64,000 nt of DNA from Pseudomonadota bacterium (GCA_023388175.1 JAEWGT010000015.1:40485-104484); one strand, 5' to 3'; counted from the stretch's first letter, positions 20,070 through 30,284 are shown. The notes: generated from the sequence alone by a model not told the origin. Made by a program: numbers and translations.

Positions 20070-20534
20070 ATGAGCACGTACTCGGCAAAACCGAGCGAGA
20101 TCGAGAAGAAGTGGGTCCTGATCGATGCCGAAGGGCTGGTCGTGGGTCGTCTTGCTTCGATCATTGCTTCGCGCCTGCGCGGCAAGCATAAGCCGACTTT
20201 CACCCCGCACATGGACATGGGTGACAACATCATCGTCATCAATGCCGACAAGGTGAAGTTGACCGGCCGCAAGCTGGACCAGCACCGCTTCTACTGGCAC
20301 ACCGGTTATCCCGGCGGCATCAAGGACCGCACCGCTCGTGAGCTGCTGGAAGGCCGCTTCCCGAACCGCGTCCTCGAAAACGCCGTGCGCCGCATGATGC
20401 CGGGCGGTCCGCTGACCCGCGCCCAGCTCAAGAACCTGCGTGTCTATGCCGGTGCCGAGCATCCCCATGAAGCGCAGAACCCGGCAAAGCTCGACGTCGC
20501 TGCGATGAACACCAAGAACGTGCGGGTGAAGTAA
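20070..20534 (+). CDS. rplM: 50S ribosomal protein L13
   Basis: [43 protein letters not shown]. Confidence 0.99.
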   Translation: MSTYSAKPSEIEKKWVLIDAEGLVVGRLASIIASRLRGKHKPTFTPHMDMGDNIIVINADKVKLTGRKLDQHRFYWHTGYPGGIKDRTARELLEGRFPNRVLENAVRRMMPGGPLTRAQLKNLRVYAGAEHPHEAQNPAKLDVAAMNTKNVRVK

Positions 20535-20535
20535 T

Positions 20536-21015
20536 ATGGCTGAAACCATCAACTCTCTCGAAGACCTCGGCACCTCTGCTGCCGCTCCGGTCAACACCGC
20601 TCCGGTTCATGTCCAGAAGCTCGACAGCCTCGGCCGCGCCTATGCCACCGGCAAGCGCAAGAACGCCGTCGCTCGCGTCTGGATCAAGCCGGGCAAGGGC
20701 ACTCTCACCGTCAACGGGCGCGAATTCGCCAAGTATTTCGCCCGTCCGGTGCTGCAGCTGATCGTGAAGCAGCCGATCGTCGCTTCCGAGCGTCTTGATC
20801 AGTATGACGTCAACGTCACCGTTGCCGGTGGTGGTCTTTCCGGTCAGGCCGGTGCCGTTCGCCACGGCATCTCCAAGGCCCTCACCTACTTCGAGCCGGC
20901 CCTGCGCCCGGTTCTGAAGAAGGGCGGCTTCCTGACCCGCGATAGCCGCGTTGTCGAGCGTAAGAAGTACGGCAAGGCCAAGGCCCGCCGCTCCTTCCAG
21001 TTCTCCAAGCGCTAA
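20536..21015 (+). CDS. rpsI: 30S ribosomal protein S9
   Basis: [46 protein letters not shown]. Confidence 0.99.
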   Translation: MAETINSLEDLGTSAAAPVNTAPVHVQKLDSLGRAYATGKRKNAVARVWIKPGKGTLTVNGREFAKYFARPVLQLIVKQPIVASERLDQYDVNVTVAGGGLSGQAGAVRHGISKALTYFEPALRPVLKKGGFLTRDSRVVERKKYGKAKARRSFQFSKR

Positions 21016-21039
21016 TCGCTGGACTGTTTCGATTTTGCG

Positions 21040-21069
21040 AGGGGCCGGGAAACCGGCCCCTTTGCTTTT
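21040..21069 (+). terminator. Rho-independent terminator after rpsI
   Basis: AGGGGCCGG-GAAA-CCGGCCCCT followed by TTGCTTTT. Confidence 0.85.
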
Positions 21070-21075
21070 GGGCAT

Positions 21076-21648
21076 TCAATCGAATGCGGGTTTTCCCGCA
21101 AACAATGTGTTGTCTGGCCGCCCGGCCTGCCAATCCCGATATTGCGCCATCCATGTCTTGAACGCGTCGGGAATATCCCAGTCCGGTGCGCTGCTCAGGG
21201 CATAGGCCATGCCTTCCCGGAACCAGATCGGGTGGCTCATGGTCTCGATGGCACCGAAATGCTGAAATTGCAGCCAATGGATGAGTTCGTGGCGGATAAT
21301 GTAGTCCTGCCATGAGTGCCCGGCGATCGCCATGCCCAGAAATGGATAGGATATGGCCCGCTCGTCCCCGCCGCCAAACCGGCGATAGCAATCATCCGAG
21401 CGGCATAAGGCGGCATTGAGCTGTGGTATTGCAAGTCCGGTCTGTGCTCGGACATCTGCGGCAGCCTTGGCAACCAAGCCCTGCGCCGCCGCCAAATCTT
21501 CCTCCAGCTCGGTGCAGACACGTTCGACGCAATGCAGGCCGAACAGGCTCGGCGCAGCAAGTCTGAGAGGCGGCGCAGCCCAGAGCGCTGAAATCACCGC
21601 AACGCAGCACACCGCGATTATTCCTGCGCCGAGTATCAATTTTCGCAT
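21076..21648 (-). CDS. Exported/membrane-anchored protein with zincin motif (peptidase MA-like)
   Basis: N-terminal hydrophobic segment; RHELIHW (HExxH) followed by PIWFREGMA; ATG at 21648 with GGGAGG RBS. Confidence 0.7.
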   Translation of the reverse strand: MRKLILGAGIIAVCCVAVISALWAAPPLRLAAPSLFGLHCVERVCTELEEDLAAAQGLVAKAAADVRAQTGLAIPQLNAALCRSDDCYRRFGGGDERAISYPFLGMAIAGHSWQDYIIRHELIHWLQFQHFGAIETMSHPIWFREGMAYALSSAPDWDIPDAFKTWMAQYRDWQAGRPDNTLFAGKPAFD

Positions 21649-21775
21649 GACGCCTCCCTGGTTCAGGATGTGCCTGCGCATGCGCTGTGTATCAAGGGAG
21701 GAGAGGAATTTTCCATCCCTCTCTGGTCATCCATGGTGAGAGCTTCCATATGGGTGCCGTCGTCAGAGTTCGCCC

Positions 21776-22417
21776 ATGCAAAACCTCGTCACCCGCTTCC
21801 ATATGCTCGTTTTCGGCGTCACCCTGTCCATAGCCGGCGTGGCGCTCGTGCATGTTCCTGAAGGCTATGCCTTCCCGGCGCATTGGCAGGGCAGTGGGGC
21901 AGACTGGCTCTGGCCACGCGATATTGCGCTCGCCGTCGCGCCGATTGTCCAGTTGCTGCTGATCGGCGGCTTCTTCCTGCTTGGCCGGGCGCTGACCAAA
22001 AATCACTTCAGCAAGGTCCTGCACATTCTCGATCCGGCGCTGACGCTGCTCCTGCTCGTCGCCGCATCTTGTCAGTTCGGCTTTCTGCTCATCGGGATCG
22101 GCTCGGATTTCGACATGTTTCGCATTACCGGCTTTGGCCTGGCCGCGATATTGCTGGTTCTCGCCGTCGTGATCTTCGAGGCTGAGCGCAATTCCTATGG
22201 TGGCCTGCGCATGCCCTGGCCAATTCCTTCAGACCGGGCATGGCGCGTGGTTCATCGCGTTGCCGGCATTGCCTGTGGCTTTGCGGCGCTGCTGCTGGCC
22301 TGGGTGGCGTGGAGCGATCCGGGTCCGGGCCAGATCATATTGGCCATTGCCGCAAGTCTGCTGAGTCTGCCCCTGCTGGCGGGGGCAGTGACTCTGGCAA
22401 TGCGCGGATTCAAATAG
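21776..22417 (+). CDS. SdpI/YhfL-family membrane protein (DUF1648 N-terminus)
   Basis: FPAHWQGSGAD, RNSYGGLRMPW...SDRAWRVVHR, about six TMs. Confidence 0.75.
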   Translation: MQNLVTRFHMLVFGVTLSIAGVALVHVPEGYAFPAHWQGSGADWLWPRDIALAVAPIVQLLLIGGFFLLGRALTKNHFSKVLHILDPALTLLLLVAASCQFGFLLIGIGSDFDMFRITGFGLAAILLVLAVVIFEAERNSYGGLRMPWPIPSDRAWRVVHRVAGIACGFAALLLAWVAWSDPGPGQIILAIAASLLSLPLLAGAVTLAMRGFK

Positions 22418-22583
22418 GCATTTCCAAGTCGCTGGCCCGGGCGGTAGAAAAGTCTTCTGCTTTGCCCGGAAAAGAAACGCTATTTGCTGCAAGTGACGAC
22501 AACGAGGCGTATGGTCGTGGCTAATTGCAAGGCACAATGCTCATGAATTGAGCGGCGGCCTTGGCTCACCAAAAGGTTTCACC

Positions 22584-23957
22584 ATGCCTACTCCCGTTTC
22601 GGCAGGCGCAGCGCCGCGAGCGCCCAAGCCGCTTTATCTCAATTTCGGCTTTCAGGTCCTCGCGGCCATGGTCATCGGTCTGGTCCTGGGATTTATCGCA
22701 CGCAATCTCGGGCCCGACGCTGCCGGTGGTGCGAACTGGCTGACCGTAACACTCTCCACAATCGGCTCATCCTTCGTATCGCTGCTGCGCGCACTGGTGC
22801 CGGTGCTTGTCTTTACCGCCATCGTCGCCTCCATCGCCAATCTGCGCGAGCTGAACAACGCTGCCAAGCTGGTCTGGCAGACGCTGCTCTGGTTTGCCAT
22901 CACCGCATTGATCGCCGTTGCCATCGGCATTGCGCTGGGCTTGATCATTCAGCCGGGTGTCCACACGGCAGTCACCGAGGCTGCCGCGCGCGCACCTTCA
23001 TCAACGGGGTCCTGGCTCGATTTCCTCAAGGGGCTGATCCCGTCCAACTTCATCGGTTTACAGGCTTCAACCCGCGTCACCGATAGCGGCGCGACCACCA
23101 GCCTCAACTTCAATGTGCTGCAAATCCTGATCGTCGCAATCGTTGTCGGCATCGCCGCCCTGCGCGTCGGGCCGGCAGCCGACCCGTTCCTGGCGTTCAA
23201 CCGCTCCTTCCTCAAGATCATCCACAAGGTGCTGTGGTGGGTCATTCGCCTGACGCCCATCGGCACAATCGGCCTGCTCGGCAATGCCGTGGCCGTCTAT
23301 GGCTGGGACGCGCTGGCCCAGCTCGGCTGGTACGCTGCGGCTATCTATATCGGCCTCGTACTGGTGTTGTTCGTGGTCTATCCAGCCCTGTTGCAGGCCA
23401 ATGGCCTCAACCCCATCCGCTACTTCCAGAGCGCCTGGCCCGCCATCCAGCTCGCCTTCGTGTCGCGCTCATCCATCGGCACCCTGCCGGTGACAGAACG
23501 CATCACCGAAAAGAACCTGGGTGTGCCGCGTGAATACGCCTCCTTCGCCGTCCCGCTCGGCGCGACCACAAAGATGGACGGTTGCGCCGCCATCTATCCG
23601 GCGATCTCAGCGATCTTCGTCGCCCAGTTCTTTGGCATCAGCCTCGGCTTAGAGCATTATCTACTGATCGTCTTCGTGTCGGTGATCGGCTCGGCCGCCA
23701 CCGCTGGCCTGACGGGCGCGACCGTGATGCTGACGCTGACCCTGTCGACGCTCGGCCTGCCGCTTGAGGGCGTCGGCCTCCTGCTGGCTATCGATCCGAT
23801 CCTCGACATGGGCCGCACGGCAGTCAACGTGGCCGGTCAAGCTCTGGTCCCCACCATTGTGTCGAAGCGCGAGGGCATTCTCGATCAGGCCACCTACGAT
23901 CGTGGTGAAAGCGTCGAAAACCTTGACGCTGAAGCAGAAGCGGTCCCCGCGCAGTAA
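22584..23957 (+). CDS. Dicarboxylate/amino acid:cation symporter (DAACS)
   Basis: AFVSRSSIGTLP, PLGATTKMDG, AIDPILDMGRTAVNVAG. Confidence 0.93.
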   Translation: MPTPVSAGAAPRAPKPLYLNFGFQVLAAMVIGLVLGFIARNLGPDAAGGANWLTVTLSTIGSSFVSLLRALVPVLVFTAIVASIANLRELNNAAKLVWQTLLWFAITALIAVAIGIALGLIIQPGVHTAVTEAAARAPSSTGSWLDFLKGLIPSNFIGLQASTRVTDSGATTSLNFNVLQILIVAIVVGIAALRVGPAADPFLAFNRSFLKIIHKVLWWVIRLTPIGTIGLLGNAVAVYGWDALAQLGWYAAAIYIGLVLVLFVVYPALLQANGLNPIRYFQSAWPAIQLAFVSRSSIGTLPVTERITEKNLGVPREYASFAVPLGATTKMDGCAAIYPAISAIFVAQFFGISLGLEHYLLIVFVSVIGSAATAGLTGATVMLTLTLSTLGLPLEGVGLLLAIDPILDMGRTAVNVAGQALVPTIVSKREGILDQATYDRGESVENLDAEAEAVPAQ

Positions 23958-23996
23958 GCACCAAGCCGCTCCGCCGTGCCGACCTATCCATTCCAG

Positions 23997-24069
23997 CGTC
24001 ACCACCGGGCCGGTCCCGGTGGTCCATCTTGTGGCGAGATGGATTGCCCGGACAAGCCGGGCAATGACG
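23997..24069. repeat. Alphaproteobacterial REP/RIME-like palindromic element
   Basis: CGTCACCACCGGG-CCGGT-CCCGGTGGTCCATC...GATGGATTGCCCGG-ACAAG-CCGGGCAATGACG; two hairpins inside terminal inverted repeats, between convergent genes. Confidence 0.75.
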
Positions 24070-24089
24070 GTGGTAGGTTATGGTGTGAT

Positions 24090-25346
24090 CTACTTCCAGC
24101 TCACCATCAGCTTTTCCAGTCCGTGGAAGTGGTACACATTTCCATAGCGCGGCTCCTCCGCGATCCGCAGTTTCGGTAGCCGCTCGAACAGCACCTTCAT
24201 CGCTTCCTGCAATTCGATCCGCGCCAGGGGCGCACCGATGCAGAAATGAATGCCGGCGCCAAAGCTGACATTGGCCCCGTCAGTGCGGAAGGGGTCGAAC
24301 GCATCTGGATGGGCGAAGCGGTTGGGATCGCGATTGGCCGCGCCCAGCATCAATCCCACAACATCGCCCTTTCGCAGCGAAATGCCGGCCAGCTCGGTGT
24401 CTTCCAGCGTGTAGCGCGTGAAGAGATGCAGCGGGGCATCGAAGCGCAGGCACTCTTCTACGGTGGCTTCAGCCTGCTCCTGCGTTGCAAACAGGCTCTG
24501 CGGATCGAGCCCGCTTTCAAGGATCGATTTGACGCCATTGCCGGTGGTATGCACCGTCGCCTCATGCCCCGCATTCAGCAGCAGGATGGCAGTGGACATA
24601 ACCTCTTCGTCATTCAGCACGTCGCCGTCGCGGTCACTGGTCAGCATGTGCGTGAGCAGATCTTCGCGCGGCGCCTTGCGGCGTTCAGTAATCACCTCAC
24701 GCAGATAGGCCATGAAGTCGGCGGCCGCCTGATTGGCGTCCAGCTCGGTCTCGCGGCTGACGTTGTACATGTACATCGTCACCATGCGGTTGGACCAATT
24801 GAGCAATTGCGGTGCCATCTCCGCCGGCAGACCGATCATCTCGGCAATGACGATGGCGGGGATCGGTGCAGCAAATTCCTTGATGAGATCGACGGAATCC
24901 TTTTCTTCAAAACCGTCGATAAGCTGATGGGCCAATTGCGTTATTCTGGGCCGCAATTGCTCGACCTGCCGCGACACGAAGGCACGGTTGACCAGCGTAC
25001 GCAGCCGCGTATGGGCCTTGGCTTCGAGATTGAGCAACGAGTATTTCTCGGTGAGATCGAAATCGGCGACATGCGGCTTGGGTGCAGGCAGGCCGATCTC
25101 CTCGCGGCTGGCCACATGCAGGATGTCGCGGCCGAACCTTTTGTCGCGCAAGAGGGCGCTGACGGTTTTGAAGTCCGCAAAGCACCAATGACCATACTCG
25201 TCCCAGAAGAACGCAGGATGACTTGCGTTCTGCCGGGCATAGAACGGGTAGGGATTCTGGTAAAATGCCGGGTCCTGCGGCTGTGCGCTGGCACGCAAAT
25301 TTTCAGCGACATCGGTAATCGGCTTGATCTGAAGAATGGAGGCCAT
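24090..25346 (-). CDS. Cytochrome P450
   Basis: HTRLRTLVNRAF, LLNAGHEAT, EECLR (ExxR), FGAGIHFCIGAPLAR heme motif. Confidence 0.96.
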   Translation of the reverse strand: MASILQIKPITDVAENLRASAQPQDPAFYQNPYPFYARQNASHPAFFWDEYGHWCFADFKTVSALLRDKRFGRDILHVASREEIGLPAPKPHVADFDLTEKYSLLNLEAKAHTRLRTLVNRAFVSRQVEQLRPRITQLAHQLIDGFEEKDSVDLIKEFAAPIPAIVIAEMIGLPAEMAPQLLNWSNRMVTMYMYNVSRETELDANQAAADFMAYLREVITERRKAPREDLLTHMLTSDRDGDVLNDEEVMSTAILLLNAGHEATVHTTGNGVKSILESGLDPQSLFATQEQAEATVEECLRFDAPLHLFTRYTLEDTELAGISLRKGDVVGLMLGAANRDPNRFAHPDAFDPFRTDGANVSFGAGIHFCIGAPLARIELQEAMKVLFERLPKLRIAEEPRYGNVYHFHGLEKLMVSWK

Positions 25347-25483
25347 TGTCTTGGGGCTTCGGGAGGTTTTTGATCGATTGGTCAAACCTAAGCGCACTTT
25401 GCGCCCCTGCCTATGGCCTCCCGCCTTGCTCCTGTCGAAAAAATCGCTAGGGAAGATGCCAAGAATATCGAGGAGCACATCTC

Positions 25484-25711
25484 GTGAGCGACCTGAACGT
25501 CTCTGCCGCCATCGACGCCATCTATGAATCTCTCCGCAATGACAATGCGGACCTCGACGAACATATCGCCTCGCTCAAGAGCGCAATGGCGAAGGAGGGC
25601 GCAAAGGAAGCCACCTTTGAAACGTCCAAGCTGGCGCAGCCCAACCGTCAGGGGCGCAAGCTGATGCAGGCCTATTTCAAGAAGAAGGGCATTGCCGTCA
25701 GCTTTGCCTGA
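25484..25711 (+). CDS. Small hypothetical protein (75 aa)
   Basis: GTG start with GAGGAG RBS, coding-like codon usage, fills the gap between P450 and clpP. Confidence 0.75.
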   Translation: MSDLNVSAAIDAIYESLRNDNADLDEHIASLKSAMAKEGAKEATFETSKLAQPNRQGRKLMQAYFKKKGIAVSFA

Positions 25712-25747
25712 CTGCTGCTGAAGCGTTCACCGTATTGGGCACACGCT

Positions 25748-25776
25748 ATTGAAGGTGGTCACATTGCCGCCTATCT
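25748..25776 (+). promoter_or_regulatory. RpoH (sigma32)-like promoter upstream of clpP
   Basis: ATTGAA-N16-CCTATCT versus the rhizobial RpoH consensus CTTGAA-N15/16-CCTATAT. Confidence 0.65.
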
Positions 25777-25947
25777 GTGCCTTTACCGCCCATTAAGGCG
25801 GCATCGCCTGCAATCAGCCTGTCGCGCTGATTCGATTTTCCGACATATTCCTCGCCGGTGCCAATGCGCGTTTGGGCAGGGATGTGATCCAACCAAACAG
25901 GCCCGTCATCCGGTCCGCGACCCGGAAACGAGGCAAAGGGGCAAAAA

Positions 25948-26577
25948 ATGCGGGATCCGCACGACATCTACATGAATACGCTCGTTCCCATGGTGGTCGA
26001 GCAGTCGAACCGCGGCGAGCGCGCCTTCGATATCTATTCGCGCCTCCTGCGCGAACGCATCATTTTCGTGACCGGCGTGGTCGAGGACAACATGGCCTCG
26101 CTCATCGTCGCGCAGCTGCTGTTTCTCGAATCGGAAAACCCGAAAAAGGAAATCGCGCTCTATATCAACTCGCCCGGTGGCGTGGTGACGGCTGGACTGT
26201 CGATCTACGACACCATGCAGTTCATCCGTCCGGCTGTCGCTACGATGGTGATGGGGCAGGCTGCATCCATGGGCTCGCTGCTGCTGGCAGCCGGTGAAGC
26301 CGGCATGCGCACCAGCCTGCCGAACTCGCGCGTGATGGTTCACCAGCCCTCCGGCGGCTTCCAAGGTCAGGTGACCGACATCCTGATTCATGCCAAGGAA
26401 GTCGAGGGCTTGAAGCGCCGTCTTAATCAGATTTATGAGAAGCACACAGGCCGCACCTACGAGGAAATCGAGAACGCGCTGGAGCGTGACCGCTTCCTCT
26501 CGCCGGAAGAGGCGAAGGCCTTTGGTCTGATCGACAGTGTGATGGAAAAGCGCGCTGTTCCTGAAGCGTCAGCCTGA
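25948..26577 (+). CDS. clpP: ATP-dependent Clp protease proteolytic subunit
   Basis: [41 protein letters not shown]. Confidence 0.99.
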   Translation: MRDPHDIYMNTLVPMVVEQSNRGERAFDIYSRLLRERIIFVTGVVEDNMASLIVAQLLFLESENPKKEIALYINSPGGVVTAGLSIYDTMQFIRPAVATMVMGQAASMGSLLLAAGEAGMRTSLPNSRVMVHQPSGGFQGQVTDILIHAKEVEGLKRRLNQIYEKHTGRTYEEIENALERDRFLSPEEAKAFGLIDSVMEKRAVPEASA

Positions 26578-26753
26578 CATTGAGCAGCGTTAAGCACATT
26601 GCTGATGCGCCGTGGACTGTGATCCATGTGCAATTGCACCCAGCCGGAACGGCCTTTAAGGTCGTTTCGGCTTAGACTTTCTTTATGTCTTGAGCGTTAC
26701 GGTTTGCGGTAACGCTTGAATTTGGGGGCCGATGGGCCCCCGGGAGTGACTGG

Positions 26754-28031
26754 ATGTCCAAAGAGACAACGAACGGCGAAACCTCCAAGAACACGCTTTA
26801 CTGCTCGTTCTGCGGCAAGTCGCAGCACGAGGTCCGTAAGCTCATCGCCGGTCCGACAGTGTTCATCTGCGATGAATGCGTCGAGCTGTGCATGGACATC
26901 ATCCGCGAAGAGAACAAGACCTCGATGGTCAAGTCCTCCGAGGGCGTGCCCACACCGGCAGAAATCTGCAAGGTGCTGGACGATTACGTCATCGGCCAGG
27001 GTCGCGCCAAGAAGGTGCTCTCCGTGGCTGTCCATAACCACTACAAGCGTCTTCACCATGCGTCCAAGAACCAGGATGTTGAACTTTCCAAGTCCAATAT
27101 TCTGCTGATTGGCCCCACTGGCTCGGGCAAGACCCTGCTCGCACAGACACTGGCGCGCATCATCGACGTGCCGTTCACCATGGCGGACGCCACTACGCTG
27201 ACCGAAGCCGGTTATGTGGGTGAGGACGTCGAGAATATCATTCTCAAGCTCCTCCAGGCCGCCGACTATAACGTCGAAAAGGCCCAGCGCGGCATCGTCT
27301 ATATCGACGAAGTGGACAAGATTTCCCGCAAGTCGGACAATCCCTCCATTACCCGCGACGTGTCGGGCGAAGGCGTGCAGCAGGCCCTGCTCAAGATCAT
27401 GGAAGGCACCGTTGCCTCCGTGCCCCCGCAGGGCGGTCGCAAGCATCCGCAGCAGGAATTCCTGCAGGTTGATACGACGAACATCCTGTTCATCTGCGGC
27501 GGCGCCTTTGCCGGTCTCGAACGCATCATTTCGGCGCGTGGCGAAGGCTCGGGCATCGGTTTCTCGGCCACGGTCAAGGACCCGAACGACCGTCGCGTCG
27601 GCCAGATCCTTGCAGAGGTCGAACCGGAAGATCTGGTCCGTTTCGGCCTGATCCCCGAATTTATTGGCCGTCTGCCTAATCTTGCAACGCTTGAAGATCT
27701 CGATGTGCCTGCGCTCATCGAAATCCTCACGGCGCCCAAGAACGCTCTGGTTCGCCAGTATCAGCGTCTGTTCCAGATGGAAGAGGTCGAGCTCACCTTC
27801 CAGGAAAACGCTCTCAAGGCGATCGCCGAAAAGGCAATCGAGCGCAAGACCGGCGCGCGCGGCCTGCGCTCGATCATGGAGCAGATCCTGCTCGACACCA
27901 TGTATGACCTGCCTTCGCTCGAAGGCGTGGAAGAGGTTGTGATTTCGGAAGATGTGGTGAAGGGCAAGGATGTTCGTCCGCTTTACATCTATTCCGAGCG
28001 CAAGAAGGAAGATGCTCCGGCCTCTGCCTGA
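26754..28031 (+). CDS. clpX: ATP-dependent Clp protease ATP-binding subunit
   Basis: CSFCGKSQ zinc finger, [31 protein letters not shown] loop. Confidence 0.99.
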   Translation: MSKETTNGETSKNTLYCSFCGKSQHEVRKLIAGPTVFICDECVELCMDIIREENKTSMVKSSEGVPTPAEICKVLDDYVIGQGRAKKVLSVAVHNHYKRLHHASKNQDVELSKSNILLIGPTGSGKTLLAQTLARIIDVPFTMADATTLTEAGYVGEDVENIILKLLQAADYNVEKAQRGIVYIDEVDKISRKSDNPSITRDVSGEGVQQALLKIMEGTVASVPPQGGRKHPQQEFLQVDTTNILFICGGAFAGLERIISARGEGSGIGFSATVKDPNDRRVGQILAEVEPEDLVRFGLIPEFIGRLPNLATLEDLDVPALIEILTAPKNALVRQYQRLFQMEEVELTFQENALKAIAEKAIERKTGARGLRSIMEQILLDTMYDLPSLEGVEEVVISEDVVKGKDVRPLYIYSERKKEDAPASA

Positions 28032-28051
28032 TCTTCCGCAATGACTATTTG

Positions 28052-28082
28052 AAAACGCCGGGTCCTGGACCCGGCGTTTTTT
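28052..28082 (+). terminator. Rho-independent terminator after clpX (A-tract and T-tract, potentially bidirectional)
   Basis: AAAACGCCGGGTCC-T-GGACCCGGCGTTTTTT. Confidence 0.88.
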
Positions 28083-28157
28083 GTTTACTGATCGCCACTT
28101 GCAAGTCCTTACTGTCTTGACGTACAGCTTCACCTCAGGCGCTGAGGAGGGGGTTGC

Positions 28158-29306
28158 TTGGCCAGCTTGAATACTGAACAGCTCGCGGAAGTGACTTCAG
28201 TTCTGTTTGCCGCAGCGCTCGATCAATCGCGCTGGCAGGAATTTCTTACGCGACTGTCGACCCATACAGGCATGATCAGTACTCATTTATATGGGTATGA
28301 TCTTGCCACCAACTTTGCGCTTGAGCCGCTTCATCACGGTTATGATCCGGGCTTCATGAAATCCTATGCCGCCCACTATGGCGCACTCAATGCCTGGGCC
28401 CAGGGTCTTGGACGTGCGCCGATCGGCCAGCCGGTCACCTCGGCGCAGTGTCTGCCCGAGGAGGAATTGTTCAAGACGGAATTTTACCAGGACTGGGTGC
28501 GGCCGCAGGGCGATGTGCGCACCGGCGCCGGCGTGGTGCTGGCACGAGACAGTTCGCGCTTCTTCGTGTTGGGCGGGAACATGGCCCAGCGCCATGCGCA
28601 TCGGGAAAGCGAGTGGGTGAGAACGCTGGGACTGCTCGCCCCCCATATGTGCCTGTCGCTTGAGATTGGGCGAACGCTTTTCGATGCCAAGGCCAATGCA
28701 GTTCTTGGCGTGCCGGCCGCGCCGGGTGCGGGCGGTGCGGTTTTCGCCGTGACGCAACGCCGCCAGGTCCGTTATGCCAATCAGGCAGCTTTGGTATTGG
28801 CCGAGATTGGGCAGGTTCTGGCCTACGATCATGCCGGGCGCATCATTCTTGCGGATCCAGAGGCCGATGCGGCGCTTGGCGCGGCTTTGGGGAAGTTGCA
28901 CTGGGCCAAGGGCGCCATGTCGGGTTCGGTTCGTGCTCAGGATAGTCAGGGCAATGTAAAGGTGATGCGTTTCGCCCGCATTGAAAGTGACCGTCTCGGC
29001 TATATTCCGGTCGGCATCGACACCGGTTCGGCCGAACCGCTTCTGCTGGTTTCCATCCAACTGGATGACGTGGTGCCGGCCTTGCGCAAAACCCTGCGCG
29101 AGCGATTTGGCCTTACCGAGAGCGAGATTGCTGTCGCAATCCTGATCGGCGACGGTCTGCAGGCCGATGAGATCGCGCAGCAACGAGATGTATCTGTGCA
29201 TACTGTGCGCGATCAGATTAAGGCCAGCCTCCGCAAGACCGGCATGGCCCGGCAGGCGGGGCTGGTGCGCATGCTGCATGACCTGCAGGCCGGCGACCGC
29301 AACTGA
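28158..29306 (+). CDS. LuxR-type HTH transcriptional regulator with N-terminal GAF/PAS-like sensor region
   Basis: C-terminal FGLTESEIAVA...EIAQQRDVSVHTVRDQIKASLRKTG; TTG start with GAGGAGG RBS. Confidence 0.85.
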   Translation: MASLNTEQLAEVTSVLFAAALDQSRWQEFLTRLSTHTGMISTHLYGYDLATNFALEPLHHGYDPGFMKSYAAHYGALNAWAQGLGRAPIGQPVTSAQCLPEEELFKTEFYQDWVRPQGDVRTGAGVVLARDSSRFFVLGGNMAQRHAHRESEWVRTLGLLAPHMCLSLEIGRTLFDAKANAVLGVPAAPGAGGAVFAVTQRRQVRYANQAALVLAEIGQVLAYDHAGRIILADPEADAALGAALGKLHWAKGAMSGSVRAQDSQGNVKVMRFARIESDRLGYIPVGIDTGSAEPLLLVSIQLDDVVPALRKTLRERFGLTESEIAVAILIGDGLQADEIAQQRDVSVHTVRDQIKASLRKTGMARQAGLVRMLHDLQAGDRN

Positions 29307-29312
29307 TTCCGG

Positions 29313-30284
29313 CTATTCGGTCACAAACTCCATCGGTCCCGGCTCCTCGCCCATAATAGAGCGACCGAACAGGCTTGCCACCAGATCGACCAGCAGCGTT
29401 GCACTCTTGCCGCCGTGGTCGAGGAAGGGATTGAGTTCCACGACATCCAGCGAGCCGACAAGGCCGCTGTCATGAAGCATTTCCATCATGAGATGGGCCT
29501 CACGGTAGTTCAGCCCGCCCGGCACCAGTGTGCCGCCGCCCGGCGCGATTGCTGGGTCGAGGCTGTCCACATCGAAACTGACGTGAAGATGCGCATCGTC
29601 TGCCCTGGCCTTATCTATCACCTTCTGCATGGACGTGACGACACCAAGTTGATCGATCCTGCGCATGTCGATCACGTCCACCCCGCGCGCCTGCACCAGC
29701 CGGCGCTCGTCCCGGTCGACGGAGCGCGCCCCGAAGATAGTCACGTTACGCGGGTCGATGCGGCCCAGCCAGTTGCCATGGAAGCTGGCATCGAAGCCCG
29801 GCTCGCCGCAGAGCAGGGCAAGTGGCATGCCATGGAGGTTGCCCGATGGCGACGTTTCGGGCGTGTTGTAGTCGGCATGGGCATCAATCCAGATCACATG
29901 CACCGGCTTCTGCCGGGGCAGGCAATAGCGTGCGACTGCAGAAATGGTGCCCATGGAAATCGAATGATCGCCACCCAGGAACACTGGAAAGTTGCCCTTC
30001 TCGAGAATGTCGTAACCGGCATCGCTGACCCGCGCCGCCAGATCGAGCACGTCGCTTTTGCGTTCATCAGGCGGACGCTGGCTCGACGGATGGAGTGAGG
30101 GCGCCGATTGGGGACGCCTAAGGTCGCCATGGTCGTAAATCTGATGCCCGAGATCGAGCAAGGCTTCGATCAGCCCGGCGACGCGCAGCGCCTCCGGGCC
30201 CATGCCGCAACCACGAACCGACGCGCCGGAAGCCGTGGCGACCCCGAGCAGATCGACATGTCTGGAGCGAAGTGAGTTATTCAT
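29313..30284 (-). CDS. rocF: Arginase
   Basis: GGDHSIS, DAHADYN, SGNLHGMP, SFDVDSLDP, VELNPFLD. Confidence 0.93.
   Translation of the reverse strand: MNNSLRSRHVDLLGVATASGASVRGCGMGPEALRVAGLIEALLDLGHQIYDHGDLRRPQSAPSLHPSSQRPPDERKSDVLDLAARVSDAGYDILEKGNFPVFLGGDHSISMGTISAVARYCLPRQKPVHVIWIDAHADYNTPETSPSGNLHGMPLALLCGEPGFDASFHGNWLGRIDPRNVTIFGARSVDRDERRLVQARGVDVIDMRRIDQLGVVTSMQKVIDKARADDAHLHVSFDVDSLDPAIAPGGGTLVPGGLNYREAHLMMEMLHDSGLVGSLDVVELNPFLDHGGKSATLLVDLVASLFGRSIMGEEPGPMEFVTE

Noticed and set aside
22584..23957. DAACS symporter as a horizontally acquired actinobacterial-type gene
   Set aside because: Only an impression from protein style; codon usage looks native and it cannot be tested without a phylogeny
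26645..26665. GGAAC...CGTT as an EcfG/RpoE2 promoter before clpX
   Set aside because: The spacer is 12 bp instead of about 16-17
26697..28133. 478-aa minus-strand ORF
   Set aside because: Antisense shadow of clpX
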